A stretch of DNA of 64,000 nucleotides. Origin: Bacillota bacterium (GTDB taxonomy: Bacteria; Bacillota; Clostridia; Christensenellales; DTU072). A program made the translations under genes and the position numbers. The stretch is taken from the NCBI GenBank assembly GCA_023394875.1, contig JAEXAB010000004.1, positions 135,108-199,107 of the forward strand, in the 5' to 3' direction. The notes below the pieces were generated by a model. The model saw only the letters and a list, made by a program, of their open reading frames with translations, did not search any database and was not told the origin of the DNA. Positions 1 through 8,696 of the stretch are shown one piece after another; the stretch's first letter is position 1, and each line of letters starts with the position of its first letter.

Positions 1-1010
1 CCTATTCGGCAAAATTAGAATATAACGACAGTTTTTTCTTTGTTAAAAAACAGGCTATAGCATTTGCGGCGGGGATTATTCTTATGATTTTTGCCGCAAA
101 AATAAAACTAAGTTTACTTATTAAATACAAATGGATAATATACATATTAAGTATAATTTTGCTTGCGCTTTTGCTTATACCTAACGTTGGTAAGGAAAGT
201 TACGGCGCAACAAGATGGATTGATCTTGGCTTTATTTCCCTTCAACCTTCGGAAATCGCCAAATTCGGGTTAATGATATTTTTGGCGGGGTATATGTACG
301 AAAATCCACCCGAAAATCTTAAAAAAATGATTATCCCCATAATAAGCGGACTAGTAATTTGCTTATTAATTATTTTAGAACCCAATATGAGCATAACAAT
401 GTGCGTAGGTTTATCGGTAATTTTACTTGTATTTATCGCAGGCGCGCCGAAAAAATGGTTTGTTTTACTCATTATTTTAGTTGCTGTGGCTGTTCCTGTA
501 CTTATTATTATTGAGCCGTATAGAGTAAAGAGAATACTGGCATTTTTAGACCCATGGCAAAACCCGAAAGCCGAAGGCTATCAGCTCATTCAGTCCTATT
601 ATGCTTTAGGTAACGGCGGATTGTTCGGGGTGGGGTTATTCCAAAGCCGACAAAAATATCTTTTTCTTCCTTTTGCAGAGTCCGATTTTATTTTTTCGGT
701 AATAGGGGAAGAAACCGGACTTATAGGTTGTCTTTTGGTTATTATAGCGTTTGCTTTACTTATATATAATGGTATTAAGGTTGCAATATGCGCAAACAAC
801 TTTTATTGCACCCTTTTAGCAACCGGTCTTACGGCTGTTATTGCTTTGCAGACCATAATAAATATAGCCGTTGTAACAGGCTCAATTCCTCCTACAGGAG
901 TGCCTCTACCATACGTTAGCGCAGGCGGCACTTCTCTTGTTTGTTTTATGTTCGTTTCGGGGTTACTTTACAATATCGCCTCCGTAACCAACAAAGGAAA
1001 ATTGCCATAG
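1..1010 (+). CDS. ftsW: SEDS-family peptidoglycan glycosyltransferase (FtsW/SpoVE/RodA family), 5' end cut by window edge
   Basis: The frame of ORF 84..1010 stays open upstream to the window start (YSAKLEYNDSFFFVKKQAIAFAAGIILM...). It is a multi-TM protein with SEDS-like motifs (PSEIAKF, ESDFIFSVIGEETG, PPTGVPLPYVSAGGTS) and heads a murA-divIB-ftsA-ftsZ cluster. Confidence 0.9.
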   Translation, partial: YSAKLEYNDSFFFVKKQAIAFAAGIILMIFAAKIKLSLLIKYKWIIYILSIILLALLLIPNVGKESYGATRWIDLGFISLQPSEIAKFGLMIFLAGYMYENPPENLKKMIIPIISGLVICLLIILEPNMSITMCVGLSVILLVFIAGAPKKWFVLLIILVAVAVPVLIIIEPYRVKRILAFLDPWQNPKAEGYQLIQSYYALGNGGLFGVGLFQSRQKYLFLPFAESDFIFSVIGEETGLIGCLLVIIAFALLIYNGIKVAICANNFYCTLLATGLTAVIALQTIINIAVVTGSIPPTGVPLPYVSAGGTSLVCFMFVSGLLYNIASVTNKGKLP

Positions 1011-1088
1011 TATGTATTGATAGCTTTTTTTCACGGCGCATATATGCCGATTTGTTATAAAGGCTATACGGGTTATTGTGGGGGGATA

Positions 1089-2339
1089 ATGGGAAAATTT
1101 ATTATAAACGGCGGCAATAAATTATTTGGCGAAGTCCAAGTTCAAAGCGCAAAGAACGCCGTTTTACCGCTGTTTGCTGCAGCGCTTCTTACAGAAGAAG
1201 AAATAATTATAAAGAACGTCCCTGAGCTTATAGACGTTGACAACATGATAAAAATCATATGTAATATCGGTGCCGTAGTTAAAAAAGAAGGGCAAACGGT
1301 ATCGATAAAAGCGCAGGACATAACCTCCCACAATATACCTAACAGTCTGGCAAAAGAATTACGGAGTTCAATTTTTTTATTGGGCGCCGTTCTTTCACGC
1401 AAGAAACACGCCAAAGTCGCTTTCCCCGGCGGCTGTGATATCGGTATGCGCCCGATAGATATCCATATTAAGGGTTTGAGAGACCTAAACGTAAAAATAG
1501 AAGAAAAAGCGGGTTACATTTTTTGCGATGCGACCAAGCTTGTTTGCGGAGAAATAAACTTAGATTACCCAAGCGTCGGAGCCACCGAAAACGTAATGCT
1601 AACAGCCGTACTTGCAAACGGGAAGACCATAATACATAACGCGGCTTGCGAACCCGAAATTGTAGATTTGCAAAACTTCCTCAACAAAATGGGGGCGAAA
1701 ATTTTCGGGGCAGGTTCTTCGGTTATTGTTATTGAAGGAGTAAAAAAACTTCATGGTATTACTTATGAGGCTATGCCCGACAGAATAGTTGCCGGTACAT
1801 ATTTACTTGCCACCGCTATTTGCGGCGGGGAAGTGTTATTGAAGAACGCCAGAATGGAAGATATACGCTCACTTTGTGCCAAACTGTCAAAAACTTCTTG
1901 CCATATCGAGCATTTTAATGATAATATATTAATTAAAGCAAGCGCTAGACCGACTTCGGTAGTCAGCGTAACTACGCAACCGTATCCCGGATTTCCTACC
2001 GACTTGCAGGCGCCTATGATGTCCTTACAGGCAGTAAGCGAAGGAATTTGCGTAATTACCGAAAACATCTTTGAAAACCGTTTTCGCCACGTAAGCGAAT
2101 TACGAAAAATGGGAGCGGACATAATAATTAATAACCGCACCGCTGTTATAAAAGGTGTACCCAGACTTACGGCAGCTGAGGTTAACGCTCAGGACTTACG
2201 CGGAGGAGCGGCATTGGTTCTAGCAGGGCTTAACGCGCAAGGAACTACGATTATTAACGATATATATCACATAGACAGAGGTTATCAGAGCATAGAAAAA
2301 GTATTTTCACAGCTTGGAGCGGATATCATCAGAGTATGA
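1089..2339 (+). CDS. murA: UDP-N-acetylglucosamine 1-carboxyvinyltransferase
   Basis: MGKFIINGGNKLFGEVQVQSAKNAVLP N-terminus and full-length MurA-like sequence (GGCDIGMRPIDIH, PGFPTDLQ). I prefer ATG 1089, preceded by a GGGGGG SD, over the track start 1017, which adds 24 atypical residues. Confidence 0.93.
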   Translation: MGKFIINGGNKLFGEVQVQSAKNAVLPLFAAALLTEEEIIIKNVPELIDVDNMIKIICNIGAVVKKEGQTVSIKAQDITSHNIPNSLAKELRSSIFLLGAVLSRKKHAKVAFPGGCDIGMRPIDIHIKGLRDLNVKIEEKAGYIFCDATKLVCGEINLDYPSVGATENVMLTAVLANGKTIIHNAACEPEIVDLQNFLNKMGAKIFGAGSSVIVIEGVKKLHGITYEAMPDRIVAGTYLLATAICGGEVLLKNARMEDIRSLCAKLSKTSCHIEHFNDNILIKASARPTSVVSVTTQPYPGFPTDLQAPMMSLQAVSEGICVITENIFENRFRHVSELRKMGADIIINNRTAVIKGVPRLTAAEVNAQDLRGGAALVLAGLNAQGTTIINDIYHIDRGYQSIEKVFSQLGADIIRV

Positions 2340-3034
2340 AAAAAAAGATAGTAATAATTGCAATCAGTCTTGTTATTGTCACAGCGTTGATTATTTGCGG
2401 CAATATTTTTGCCGTGGACAGCGTTGAGGTTGTTTTTGACAATAAGACCGATATAACTAATGAATACGATATTCTTAAAGCGGCGGAGATTTCTAAAAGC
2501 ACGATAATTTTTAATATAAAAGAAAACAGCATAAAAAGTAAGGTAAGTAAAGAATATAAAGACAATAGCATTGTCGTTACCAACGTAGAAAGAGTTTTTC
2601 CCAACAAAGTCAAGATTTTTGTCAAAGAGCGTGTTCTTATTTATAAACTTAACGTTTTTTCTCAAACCGACGATGATTTATACGTTCCTACCGACAAAGA
2701 CTTCCAGAGGGGAGCGCTTATTGATAATATCGACGATTATAACCTGATAACCGTCAAAAATTTTGTTATAAAAGACACTTTTAACCTAGAAGAATGCTAT
2801 GAATTGCGGGAATTTGCCGATGTTTTTATCTCTTTAGGCATAAGCGAAGAGGCTTTGCCGTATTTTGTGGAGAGTATTGAGTTTTCCGAAAAAACTTTGA
2901 AAATTGATTTAAGACACAGTAGCGGAATATTTACAATTTCCCGCAATAATATAAAAAATGAACTCAAAACTATTTATTATCAATATCTAAAATTAAGCGA
3001 CCAGGACAAACTGAACTGCGCTTTGTCGATTTAG
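2336..3034 (+). CDS. divIB: cell division protein DivIB/FtsQ-like (N-terminal TM anchor plus POTRA-like region)
   Basis: ATGA overlap with the murA stop. It has a single N-terminal TM segment (IVIIAISLVIVTALIICGNIF) followed by VDSVEVVF..., and lies between murA and ftsA/ftsZ. Sequence is weakly conserved. Confidence 0.7.
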   Translation: MKKKIVIIAISLVIVTALIICGNIFAVDSVEVVFDNKTDITNEYDILKAAEISKSTIIFNIKENSIKSKVSKEYKDNSIVVTNVERVFPNKVKIFVKERVLIYKLNVFSQTDDDLYVPTDKDFQRGALIDNIDDYNLITVKNFVIKDTFNLEECYELREFADVFISLGISEEALPYFVESIEFSEKTLKIDLRHSSGIFTISRNNIKNELKTIYYQYLKLSDQDKLNCALSI

Positions 3035-3063
3035 TCGGATTTTTCACAAAACTTTTACATCTA

Positions 3064-3092
3064 TTGACTATTAATTATATTTAATATATAAT
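3064..3092 (+). promoter_or_regulatory. sigma-A-type promoter TTGACT-17-TATAAT immediately upstream of the ftsA-like start
   Basis: TTGACT at 3064-3069, 17-nt spacer, TATAAT at 3087-3092. The ATG at 3100 lies 8 nt after the -10 and there is no SD in between. Confidence 0.6.
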
Positions 3093-3099
3093 TATTACT

Positions 3100-4236
3100 A
3101 TGCTGAAGTCCGATTTGTATCCTATTCTTGAAATAAATACCGCCACTCTTTGCCTAAGCGTTATCGAAAAGAGCGGAGAGTATTTTCATCATCTCTACCG
3201 CAAGGTTGTTTCTTATAAAGGCTTCGAGAAGATATTTTTCAAGGACCCCGAAGAACTTTTTACTTCGGTACAAAACATTTTCAGCGATTGCGAATTTAAT
3301 TTGCATCTTAATTTCAAACATTTTTACGCCCTTTTGCCCCAAACCTTTTACCGCGCAAACGCACAAGAAAAAAGCCTTATTCTTAATGGAAAATCGGTAA
3401 GTAATAAGGATATCAACAAACTGAAAAGCAAGTATTTTGTGACCGACAGCGGTTTTAAGGCGGTAAGTTTGATTCCTTTGTCGTACAAACTTGACGGCGA
3501 GGAGTTTTTTGAGGCTCCTTTGGGTAAAAGCTGCAAGGTTTTTTCGGTCAATATGGAGCAAGTAGCTTTAGCCGAAAACGTAGAAGAGCTGTTTTCCACC
3601 TGCGCAAAGAGGCTAAATAAGACGGTGAGTTTTATTGCCGACAACGTAAGCGCGGCTTTGCGGTTATATAAGCAGGAAAGAGGCGATAAATACATACTAA
3701 TCGGCATTAACGAAAGGCACACAGACGTTAGTTTGTGCGAAAAAAATGCGGTAGTTACTAATGAAAACGTAGAATGGGGCGGAGATTACGTTCATTTAGC
3801 GTTAGCTGACATGCTGAAAATTTCCGAAGAGGCGGCAATTGAACTTACCAAGAAGCTTAATTTGAATTTACCGCTTGACAACGTAAACAAATATATGTCA
3901 GACTTTAGCGGTAAAGAGTTGTTTTCGGCTTCGCAAGTTAATAAGCAAGCCATGACGACAATTTATTTTATAATAAAAGAAGTTAGTAAAAAAATTACTC
4001 TTCTTGATAAGGGAGCCAAACTTCCGCTGTATTTTTACGGGCATTATATCTGCAACGTAAGAGGACTAAAAGAAATTTTGGAAGAAATAACCGGCGTAGA
4101 GGTAAATATAATTGACGACGGAAAATTCTTCCGCGAGAATATAAATTATAAAACGCAATCTTTATTTGACAACGAAAATTTACTTATTGACAACAAAAAG
4201 CAAAGTTTTTTGTCAGATATACTAAAAATAAAATAA
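3100..4236 (+). CDS. FtsA-like actin-fold cell division protein, divergent (degenerate nucleotide-binding motifs)
   Basis: Located directly upstream of ftsZ. The FtsA-like layout is visible by eye (ILEINTATL, ILIGINERHTDVSL, WGGDYVHLALADML, C-terminal amphipathic SFLSDILKIK), but the canonical DxGT, GGG and TGG motifs are replaced. Confidence 0.65.
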   Translation: MLKSDLYPILEINTATLCLSVIEKSGEYFHHLYRKVVSYKGFEKIFFKDPEELFTSVQNIFSDCEFNLHLNFKHFYALLPQTFYRANAQEKSLILNGKSVSNKDINKLKSKYFVTDSGFKAVSLIPLSYKLDGEEFFEAPLGKSCKVFSVNMEQVALAENVEELFSTCAKRLNKTVSFIADNVSAALRLYKQERGDKYILIGINERHTDVSLCEKNAVVTNENVEWGGDYVHLALADMLKISEEAAIELTKKLNLNLPLDNVNKYMSDFSGKELFSASQVNKQAMTTIYFIIKEVSKKITLLDKGAKLPLYFYGHYICNVRGLKEILEEITGVEVNIIDDGKFFRENINYKTQSLFDNENLLIDNKKQSFLSDILKIK

Positions 4237-4252
4237 CTTACAGGAGAACAAA

Positions 4253-5407
4253 ATGGACTTTGATTTCGAAAAAAACGATATGCAGGCTAGCTATTTTGAC
4301 AACAACAACGAAGACTTTTTGAAGATAAAAATATTCGGAGTGGGCGGCGGCGGATGTAACGCCGTATACCGTTTGCGTGAAAAAGTCGACGCAGGGGTGG
4401 AGTTTATTGCCAGCAACACCGATATGATGGCTCTTTCTAAAATTAATTTCCCCAATATAAAGAAACTTCAGATAGGCAAGGAAAAGACCAAGGGTATGGG
4501 CGCTGGCGCTTTGCCCGAAGTAGGTAAGGAAGCTGCCAGAGAATCCCGCGAGGAAATCAAAAGAATGATTGAAGGCTCCAACATGGTCTTTGTTACTGCC
4601 GGTATGGGCGGTGGTACAGGCACAGGAGGCGCGCCGGTTGTAGCGGCTATAGCAAAAGAACTGGGCATTCTTACCATTGGTATAGTAACCAAGCCTTTTA
4701 ATTACGAAGGCAAGAAAAAAATGGTTATCGCAGAAGACGGTATAGAAAAACTCAAAAAAGAAGTAGACGTACTTATAGTTGTGCCCAACGAAAGAGCCTT
4801 TGAATATGCTCCCGCTGGCACACCGCTTATCGAAGTGGTAAAAATGGCTGACGACGTTCTTCTAAAAAGTATTATGGGTATTACCGACATTATGCTCAAG
4901 CACTCCCTTATTAATTTGGATTTTGCCGATATCAGAACGGTAATTAAAAACAAGGGTACCGCGCATATTGGAGTTGGAAGAGCGCAGGGAGAAAACCGCG
5001 TAATGGATGCTTTGCGTAAGGCTTGTTCTTCTCCGCTTCTTGACAGCAATATAGAAGGAGCAACACACATAATTGTAAGCGTAGTTGCCGACTATGAGCT
5101 TAGCGGAAACAGCGTGGAAAAAGCCCTTAACCTGATACCCGAAGTGGCTGCTCCCGACGCTAACATAATCCACGGACTGGGCTTTGACGAAAACTTGAAA
5201 GACGAAGTAATAGTTACCGTAATAGCGACAGGTTTTGACGGCGGCAGAGAAGTGGAAGGAAATTCAGCCGAAGCAGTAGCTGCCGAAGATAAATCGGAAT
5301 TGTTTTCCATTAAGAAAAAAACTCAAGCAAAGGTAGAGAAAGAACCCGAAGAAGTGAGTCAGGACGACATACCCGCCTTTTTACAACGCCTAAAACAAAG
5401 AGGCTAA
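4253..5407 (+). CDS. ftsZ: cell division GTPase FtsZ
   Basis: GVGGGGCNAV and GGGTGTGGAPVVA tubulin-signature motifs; SD AGGAGA upstream; conserved C-terminal peptide DDIPAFLQR. Confidence 0.98.
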   Translation: MDFDFEKNDMQASYFDNNNEDFLKIKIFGVGGGGCNAVYRLREKVDAGVEFIASNTDMMALSKINFPNIKKLQIGKEKTKGMGAGALPEVGKEAARESREEIKRMIEGSNMVFVTAGMGGGTGTGGAPVVAAIAKELGILTIGIVTKPFNYEGKKKMVIAEDGIEKLKKEVDVLIVVPNERAFEYAPAGTPLIEVVKMADDVLLKSIMGITDIMLKHSLINLDFADIRTVIKNKGTAHIGVGRAQGENRVMDALRKACSSPLLDSNIEGATHIIVSVVADYELSGNSVEKALNLIPEVAAPDANIIHGLGFDENLKDEVIVTVIATGFDGGREVEGNSAEAVAAEDKSELFSIKKKTQAKVEKEPEEVSQDDIPAFLQRLKQRG

Positions 5408-5430
5408 GACTTAAATTAGGAAACAAATAC

Positions 5431-5466
5431 AAAAGACAAGTTAATATTTAGCTTGTCTTTTTTGTT
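5431..5466 (+). terminator. intrinsic terminator after ftsZ
   Basis: Perfect 10-bp stem AAAAGACAAG / CTTGTCTTTT (5431-5440 / 5452-5461) followed by a T-run. Confidence 0.75.
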
Positions 5467-5480
5467 TTATATGGAGAATT

Positions 5481-6263
5481 ATGACGGTTTACGTAGAAAT
5501 TATTTTTTTATCGAATTTTTGTATTGACGCTTTTATCTTTTGTCTGGTAAATACTATTCTAAAGGTAAAAAGCAGTATATTACGAATAATTTTTGCCGCC
5601 TTTATTGGGGGGCTTTGTTCGGCAGTTTATCCGTTTATCGGGCAGTATGCTAATATAATGAAAATAGCATTAGGTCTAGTTTTGCCGTTTTTCTTTCGCA
5701 AAATAGCCATTTTCAAGGATTATATAATAACCTTATCTGTATTTTTGACAGTTAGTTTTTCTTTGGCTGGCTGTGTATACCTACTTAACGGATTTTCTCT
5801 AAAAAACGTATCTTTTTCGCCGGTAACGTACGGGATTTTTCCCATTCTTTTTTGCTCTTCGGGGCTAATTTTAACATTTATGTGCGGCAATACGATAACC
5901 AAGCTTTTACCACAACGGACGAAAAATGAAAACTATTATAAGGTGGTCATAGAAAATGAGAACGCGAGGGTAAGTTCGATAGCGTATTATGACAGCGGAA
6001 ATCGGGTTTTCGCTAATAATGGCGAACGTGTTGTATTTGTCAGTGAGGATATCTATAATAAGCTAATGCCCGCTAAAGAAAAAAGCATAGTGGTGTCCAC
6101 CATAAACGGAAAACGCCTTGTAAAAACCACCGATGCTAAGGTACAGATATATTTCGGAGAAAATGAGAATAAAATATACTATGCTTGCATAGGGTTAGGG
6201 AATATGGAAAACGTTGACCAAAAAATATTATTACACGCAGAAATGCTCGGGGGCGAAATATGA
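5481..6263 (+). CDS. spoIIGA: sporulation sigma-E precursor processing peptidase SpoIIGA
   Basis: Membrane N-terminal half (VYVEIIFLSNFCIDAFIFCLV) and the aspartic-protease-type YYDSGN motif. Located immediately upstream of and overlapping sigE. Confidence 0.88.
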   Translation: MTVYVEIIFLSNFCIDAFIFCLVNTILKVKSSILRIIFAAFIGGLCSAVYPFIGQYANIMKIALGLVLPFFFRKIAIFKDYIITLSVFLTVSFSLAGCVYLLNGFSLKNVSFSPVTYGIFPILFCSSGLILTFMCGNTITKLLPQRTKNENYYKVVIENENARVSSIAYYDSGNRVFANNGERVVFVSEDIYNKLMPAKEKSIVVSTINGKRLVKTTDAKVQIYFGENENKIYYACIGLGNMENVDQKILLHAEMLGGEI

Positions 6264-6961
6264 AAAACTTTATTAAAAAAATCATACGATGGATAAAAAA
6301 ATTCTTTGGAAGAGAGAAGAACGAACTTAACTACATAGTATCCTTACCCACTCCGTTAAATGAGGACGAAGAAGCAATAGCTATCGCGGCGCTTGATATA
6401 GGCGACGAAGACGCAAAAAATCTTCTCATCGAAAGAAATCTGCGGTTAGTTGTCTATATAGCCAAAAGATTTGATAACACGGGCATTGATATGGACGAAT
6501 TAATTTCGGTAGGGACTTTGGGACTGATTAAAGCGGTAAAAAGCTATAATTCGGAAAAGAAAATAAAACTGGCAACGTACGCCTCAAGATGTATAGAGAA
6601 CGAAATTCTGATGTTTTTGCGGAAAATGGTCAAAACGAAAGCCGAAGTTAGTTTAGATGAACCGCTAAACGTCGATTGGGAAGGCAATCAGCTGGTACTA
6701 AGCGACATACTTGGGACCGATAGTGAAATGATATATAAGGACATAGAAACGCGCGTTGAGAGCGATATTCTAAAAGAACTTTATGACAAGCTGGACGAAA
6801 GAGACCGGGAAATTGTTGGTTTACGTTACGGTTTGTACGGCAGAGAAGAAAAAACCCAAAAAGAAATAGCCGATATGATGAATATTTCTCAGTCCTATAT
6901 AAGCAGATTAGAAAAGAAGATATTAAGTAAACTCAAAAAAGATTTCTTAAAATGTGAATAG
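6260..6961 (+). CDS. sigE: sporulation sigma factor SigE (pro-sigma-E)
   Basis: N-terminal pro-sequence, then LIERNLRLVVYIAKRF and ATYASRCIENEILM, typical of SigE/SigK-type sigma-70 factors. Lies in spoIIGA-sigE-sigG order. Confidence 0.92.
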   Translation: MKNFIKKIIRWIKKFFGREKNELNYIVSLPTPLNEDEEAIAIAALDIGDEDAKNLLIERNLRLVVYIAKRFDNTGIDMDELISVGTLGLIKAVKSYNSEKKIKLATYASRCIENEILMFLRKMVKTKAEVSLDEPLNVDWEGNQLVLSDILGTDSEMIYKDIETRVESDILKELYDKLDERDREIVGLRYGLYGREEKTQKEIADMMNISQSYISRLEKKILSKLKKDFLKCE

Positions 6962-6983
6962 TTTTTTTATTTTAACAAATACT

Positions 6984-7021
6984 TCCTTATGCGGTAAAAG
7001 GGTCATTTTGCTACATAAGGA
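6984..7021 (+). promoter_or_regulatory. hairpin sequestering the sigG Shine-Dalgarno
   Basis: TCCTTATG (6984-6991) is the exact reverse complement of CATAAGGA (7014-7021). The right arm overlaps the SD AAGGAGG (7017-7023) of sigG (ATG 7030). Confidence 0.5.
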
Positions 7022-7029
7022 GGTTTTTT

Positions 7030-7797
7030 ATGTCTCACAAAGTGACAATTACCGGTATATCCACCTCACAGTTGCCGAAGCTTACAGCTAAAGAGAGCGA
7101 AGAACTGCTGTTAAGAATAAAAAACGGCGAAGAAAATTTGCGGGATACTTTTATTGAAGGGAATATGCGGCTAGTTCTTAGCATGGTGCAGAGATTCCGT
7201 TCCGACAAGGGTTGTTCCGACGACTTGTTCCAAGTTGGTATGCTGGGACTTATTAAGGCTTTGGATAATTTCGACGTGACGTTAAACGTGAGGTTTTCCA
7301 CATACGCAGTACCGATGATATTAGGAGAGATACGCAGATATCTACGCGAAGGAACGGCTCTCAAAGTAGGAAGAAACCAAAGAGATATAGCATACAAGGC
7401 AATGCAGGCGAGAGATAAACTGGAACTATCTAAGAGTAACGAAGTTACCTTAAACGAAATCGCCGCCGAAATTTGCGTACCGTACAGAGAAGTAGTAAGC
7501 GCGCTTGACGCTATAAGTGAGCCGGTATCTTTATACGAAGCGGCTTACAATGACGGAGAAGACAGCATAACCGTAATGGACCAAATAAGCGACAGCATAA
7601 CCGAAGAAGACGTGCTAAATAACCTTACCTTGAAAGAAGAAATCAAAAAACTGCCCGAAAGAGAAAAGAGCGTAATAAAAATGAGATACTTTCTTGGGAA
7701 AACACAAATGGAAATTTCCAACGCTCTAAATATCAGTCAAGCGCAAGTTAGCAGACTGGAAAAAAGCGCGATAGAACATCTGAAAACCGCATTTTAA
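7030..7797 (+). CDS. sigG: sporulation sigma factor SigG
   Basis: Full-length sigma-70 group 3 protein (FIEGNMRLVLSMVQRF, FSTYAVPMILGEIRRYLR, ISQAQVSRLEK) directly after sigE, as in the spoIIG-spoIIIG arrangement. Confidence 0.9.
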   Translation: MSHKVTITGISTSQLPKLTAKESEELLLRIKNGEENLRDTFIEGNMRLVLSMVQRFRSDKGCSDDLFQVGMLGLIKALDNFDVTLNVRFSTYAVPMILGEIRRYLREGTALKVGRNQRDIAYKAMQARDKLELSKSNEVTLNEIAAEICVPYREVVSALDAISEPVSLYEAAYNDGEDSITVMDQISDSITEEDVLNNLTLKEEIKKLPEREKSVIKMRYFLGKTQMEISNALNISQAQVSRLEKSAIEHLKTAF

Positions 7798-7814
7798 TGC
7801 CATTTCAGTATAAA

Positions 7815-7857
7815 AACGCCGTCTTCAACATATTATTTGTTAGGACGGTGTTTTTTT
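7815..7857 (+). terminator. probable intrinsic terminator after sigG
   Basis: ACGCCGTCTT / AGGACGGTGT stem (10 bp including 2 G-U pairs) with a 17-nt loop, followed by TTTTTTT (7851-7857). Confidence 0.55.
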
Positions 7858-8166
7858 ATGAACAATATTGCTTATACATTCTGCGAATTAAGAGAGAGAG
7901 AAGTAATCAACGTCGCAGACGGCAGGCGGCTTGGTAGGCTAAACGATATGGCGTTTGGAATGAACGGCTGTATTTTGGGGATAATCGTGCCCGGAGAAAA
8001 GAACTTTTTTCGGAATCTTACCGGCAGTGACAATATTTTTATACCCTGGGAGTGCGTGTTAAAAATAGGCACCGACGTAATTTTGGCGGATCTGAATAAT
8101 AATATGAATTTCTGCAATCACAGAGATAATTGCAACAGAAGCATAGGCTGCACACAATGCACGTAA
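7858..8166 (+). CDS. YlmC/YmxH-family PRC-barrel sporulation protein
   Basis: ELREREVINVADGRRLGRLNDMAF...IPWECVLKIGTDVIL matches the YlmC/YmxH pattern. I prefer ATG 7858 over the track's TTG 7837, which lies inside the terminator. It carries a Cys/His-rich C-terminal tail. Confidence 0.75.
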   Translation: MNNIAYTFCELREREVINVADGRRLGRLNDMAFGMNGCILGIIVPGEKNFFRNLTGSDNIFIPWECVLKIGTDVILADLNNNMNFCNHRDNCNRSIGCTQCT

Positions 8167-8171
8167 ATAAG

Positions 8172-8200
8172 TTTACAATTTTTGATAAAAAAGGTATAAT
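8172..8200 (+). promoter_or_regulatory. sigma-A-type promoter TTTACA-17-TATAAT for nrdR
   Basis: TTTACA at 8172-8177, 17-nt spacer, TATAAT at 8195-8200; a normal leader with SD GAGAGG precedes ATG 8229. Confidence 0.6.
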
Positions 8201-8228
8201 TTAATTATCAAAAACCGAGAGGAACTTT

Positions 8229-8696
8229 ATGAAGTGTATTTATTGCGGTAGTATGGACAGCAAAGTTATAGATTCCCGCGTCAGCGAAGACGGAAATTCC
8301 ATTAGGCGCAGAAGGGAATGTCTCAATTGTTTTAAGAGATATACCACCTACGAAAAAGTAGAATCGGCGCCTTTGTTAGTCATAAAAAACAATGGCAACA
8401 GACAGGCTTTTGATTCCGAAAAAATAAAAATAGGAATCCTCAAGGCTTGCGAAAAAAGACCGGTTCCCATATCAAAAATAGAAAATCTTGTCAGCAATAT
8501 AGAAAGACAGGTGCATAACTCTTTAGCACAAGAAATAACCAGTAAAAGAATAGGAGATATGGTTATGTGCGGACTAAAGGAACTTGACGAAGTAGCCTAC
8601 GTAAGGTTTGCTTCCGTTCATAGAGAATTTAAGGATATAAATACATTACTTACCGAAATAGAAAGTTTGGTTAAAGATAAGAAAAAAGAAGAATGA
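8229..8696 (+). CDS. nrdR: transcriptional repressor NrdR
   Basis: MKCIYCGSMDSKVIDSRVSEDGNSIRRRRECLNCFKRYTTYE zinc ribbon followed by an ATP-cone. Confidence 0.97.
   Translation: MKCIYCGSMDSKVIDSRVSEDGNSIRRRRECLNCFKRYTTYEKVESAPLLVIKNNGNRQAFDSEKIKIGILKACEKRPVPISKIENLVSNIERQVHNSLAQEITSKRIGDMVMCGLKELDEVAYVRFASVHREFKDINTLLTEIESLVKDKKKEE

Noticed and set aside
1017-1088. N-terminal extensions given by the ORF track for murA (1017), pyrH (24885), frr (26344), ylmC (7837), ribF (40079), mutS (57072) and the ynbB-like gene (62419)
   Set aside because: In each case a downstream ATG gives the conserved family N-terminus and has a proper SD. Several of the extensions run through terminators or use rare start codons.
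5408-5480. Search for Spo0A boxes (TGNCGAA) and a spoIIG-type promoter upstream of spoIIGA
   Set aside because: The spacer is mostly occupied by the ftsZ terminator, and I saw no convincing 0A box or -35/-10 pair.
6962-7013. Search for a sigma-F/sigma-G promoter for sigG in the sigE-sigG spacer
   Set aside because: Only partial matches (GGTAAAAGGG, CATTTTG) without correctly spaced partners. They are not reportable without a clade-specific matrix.
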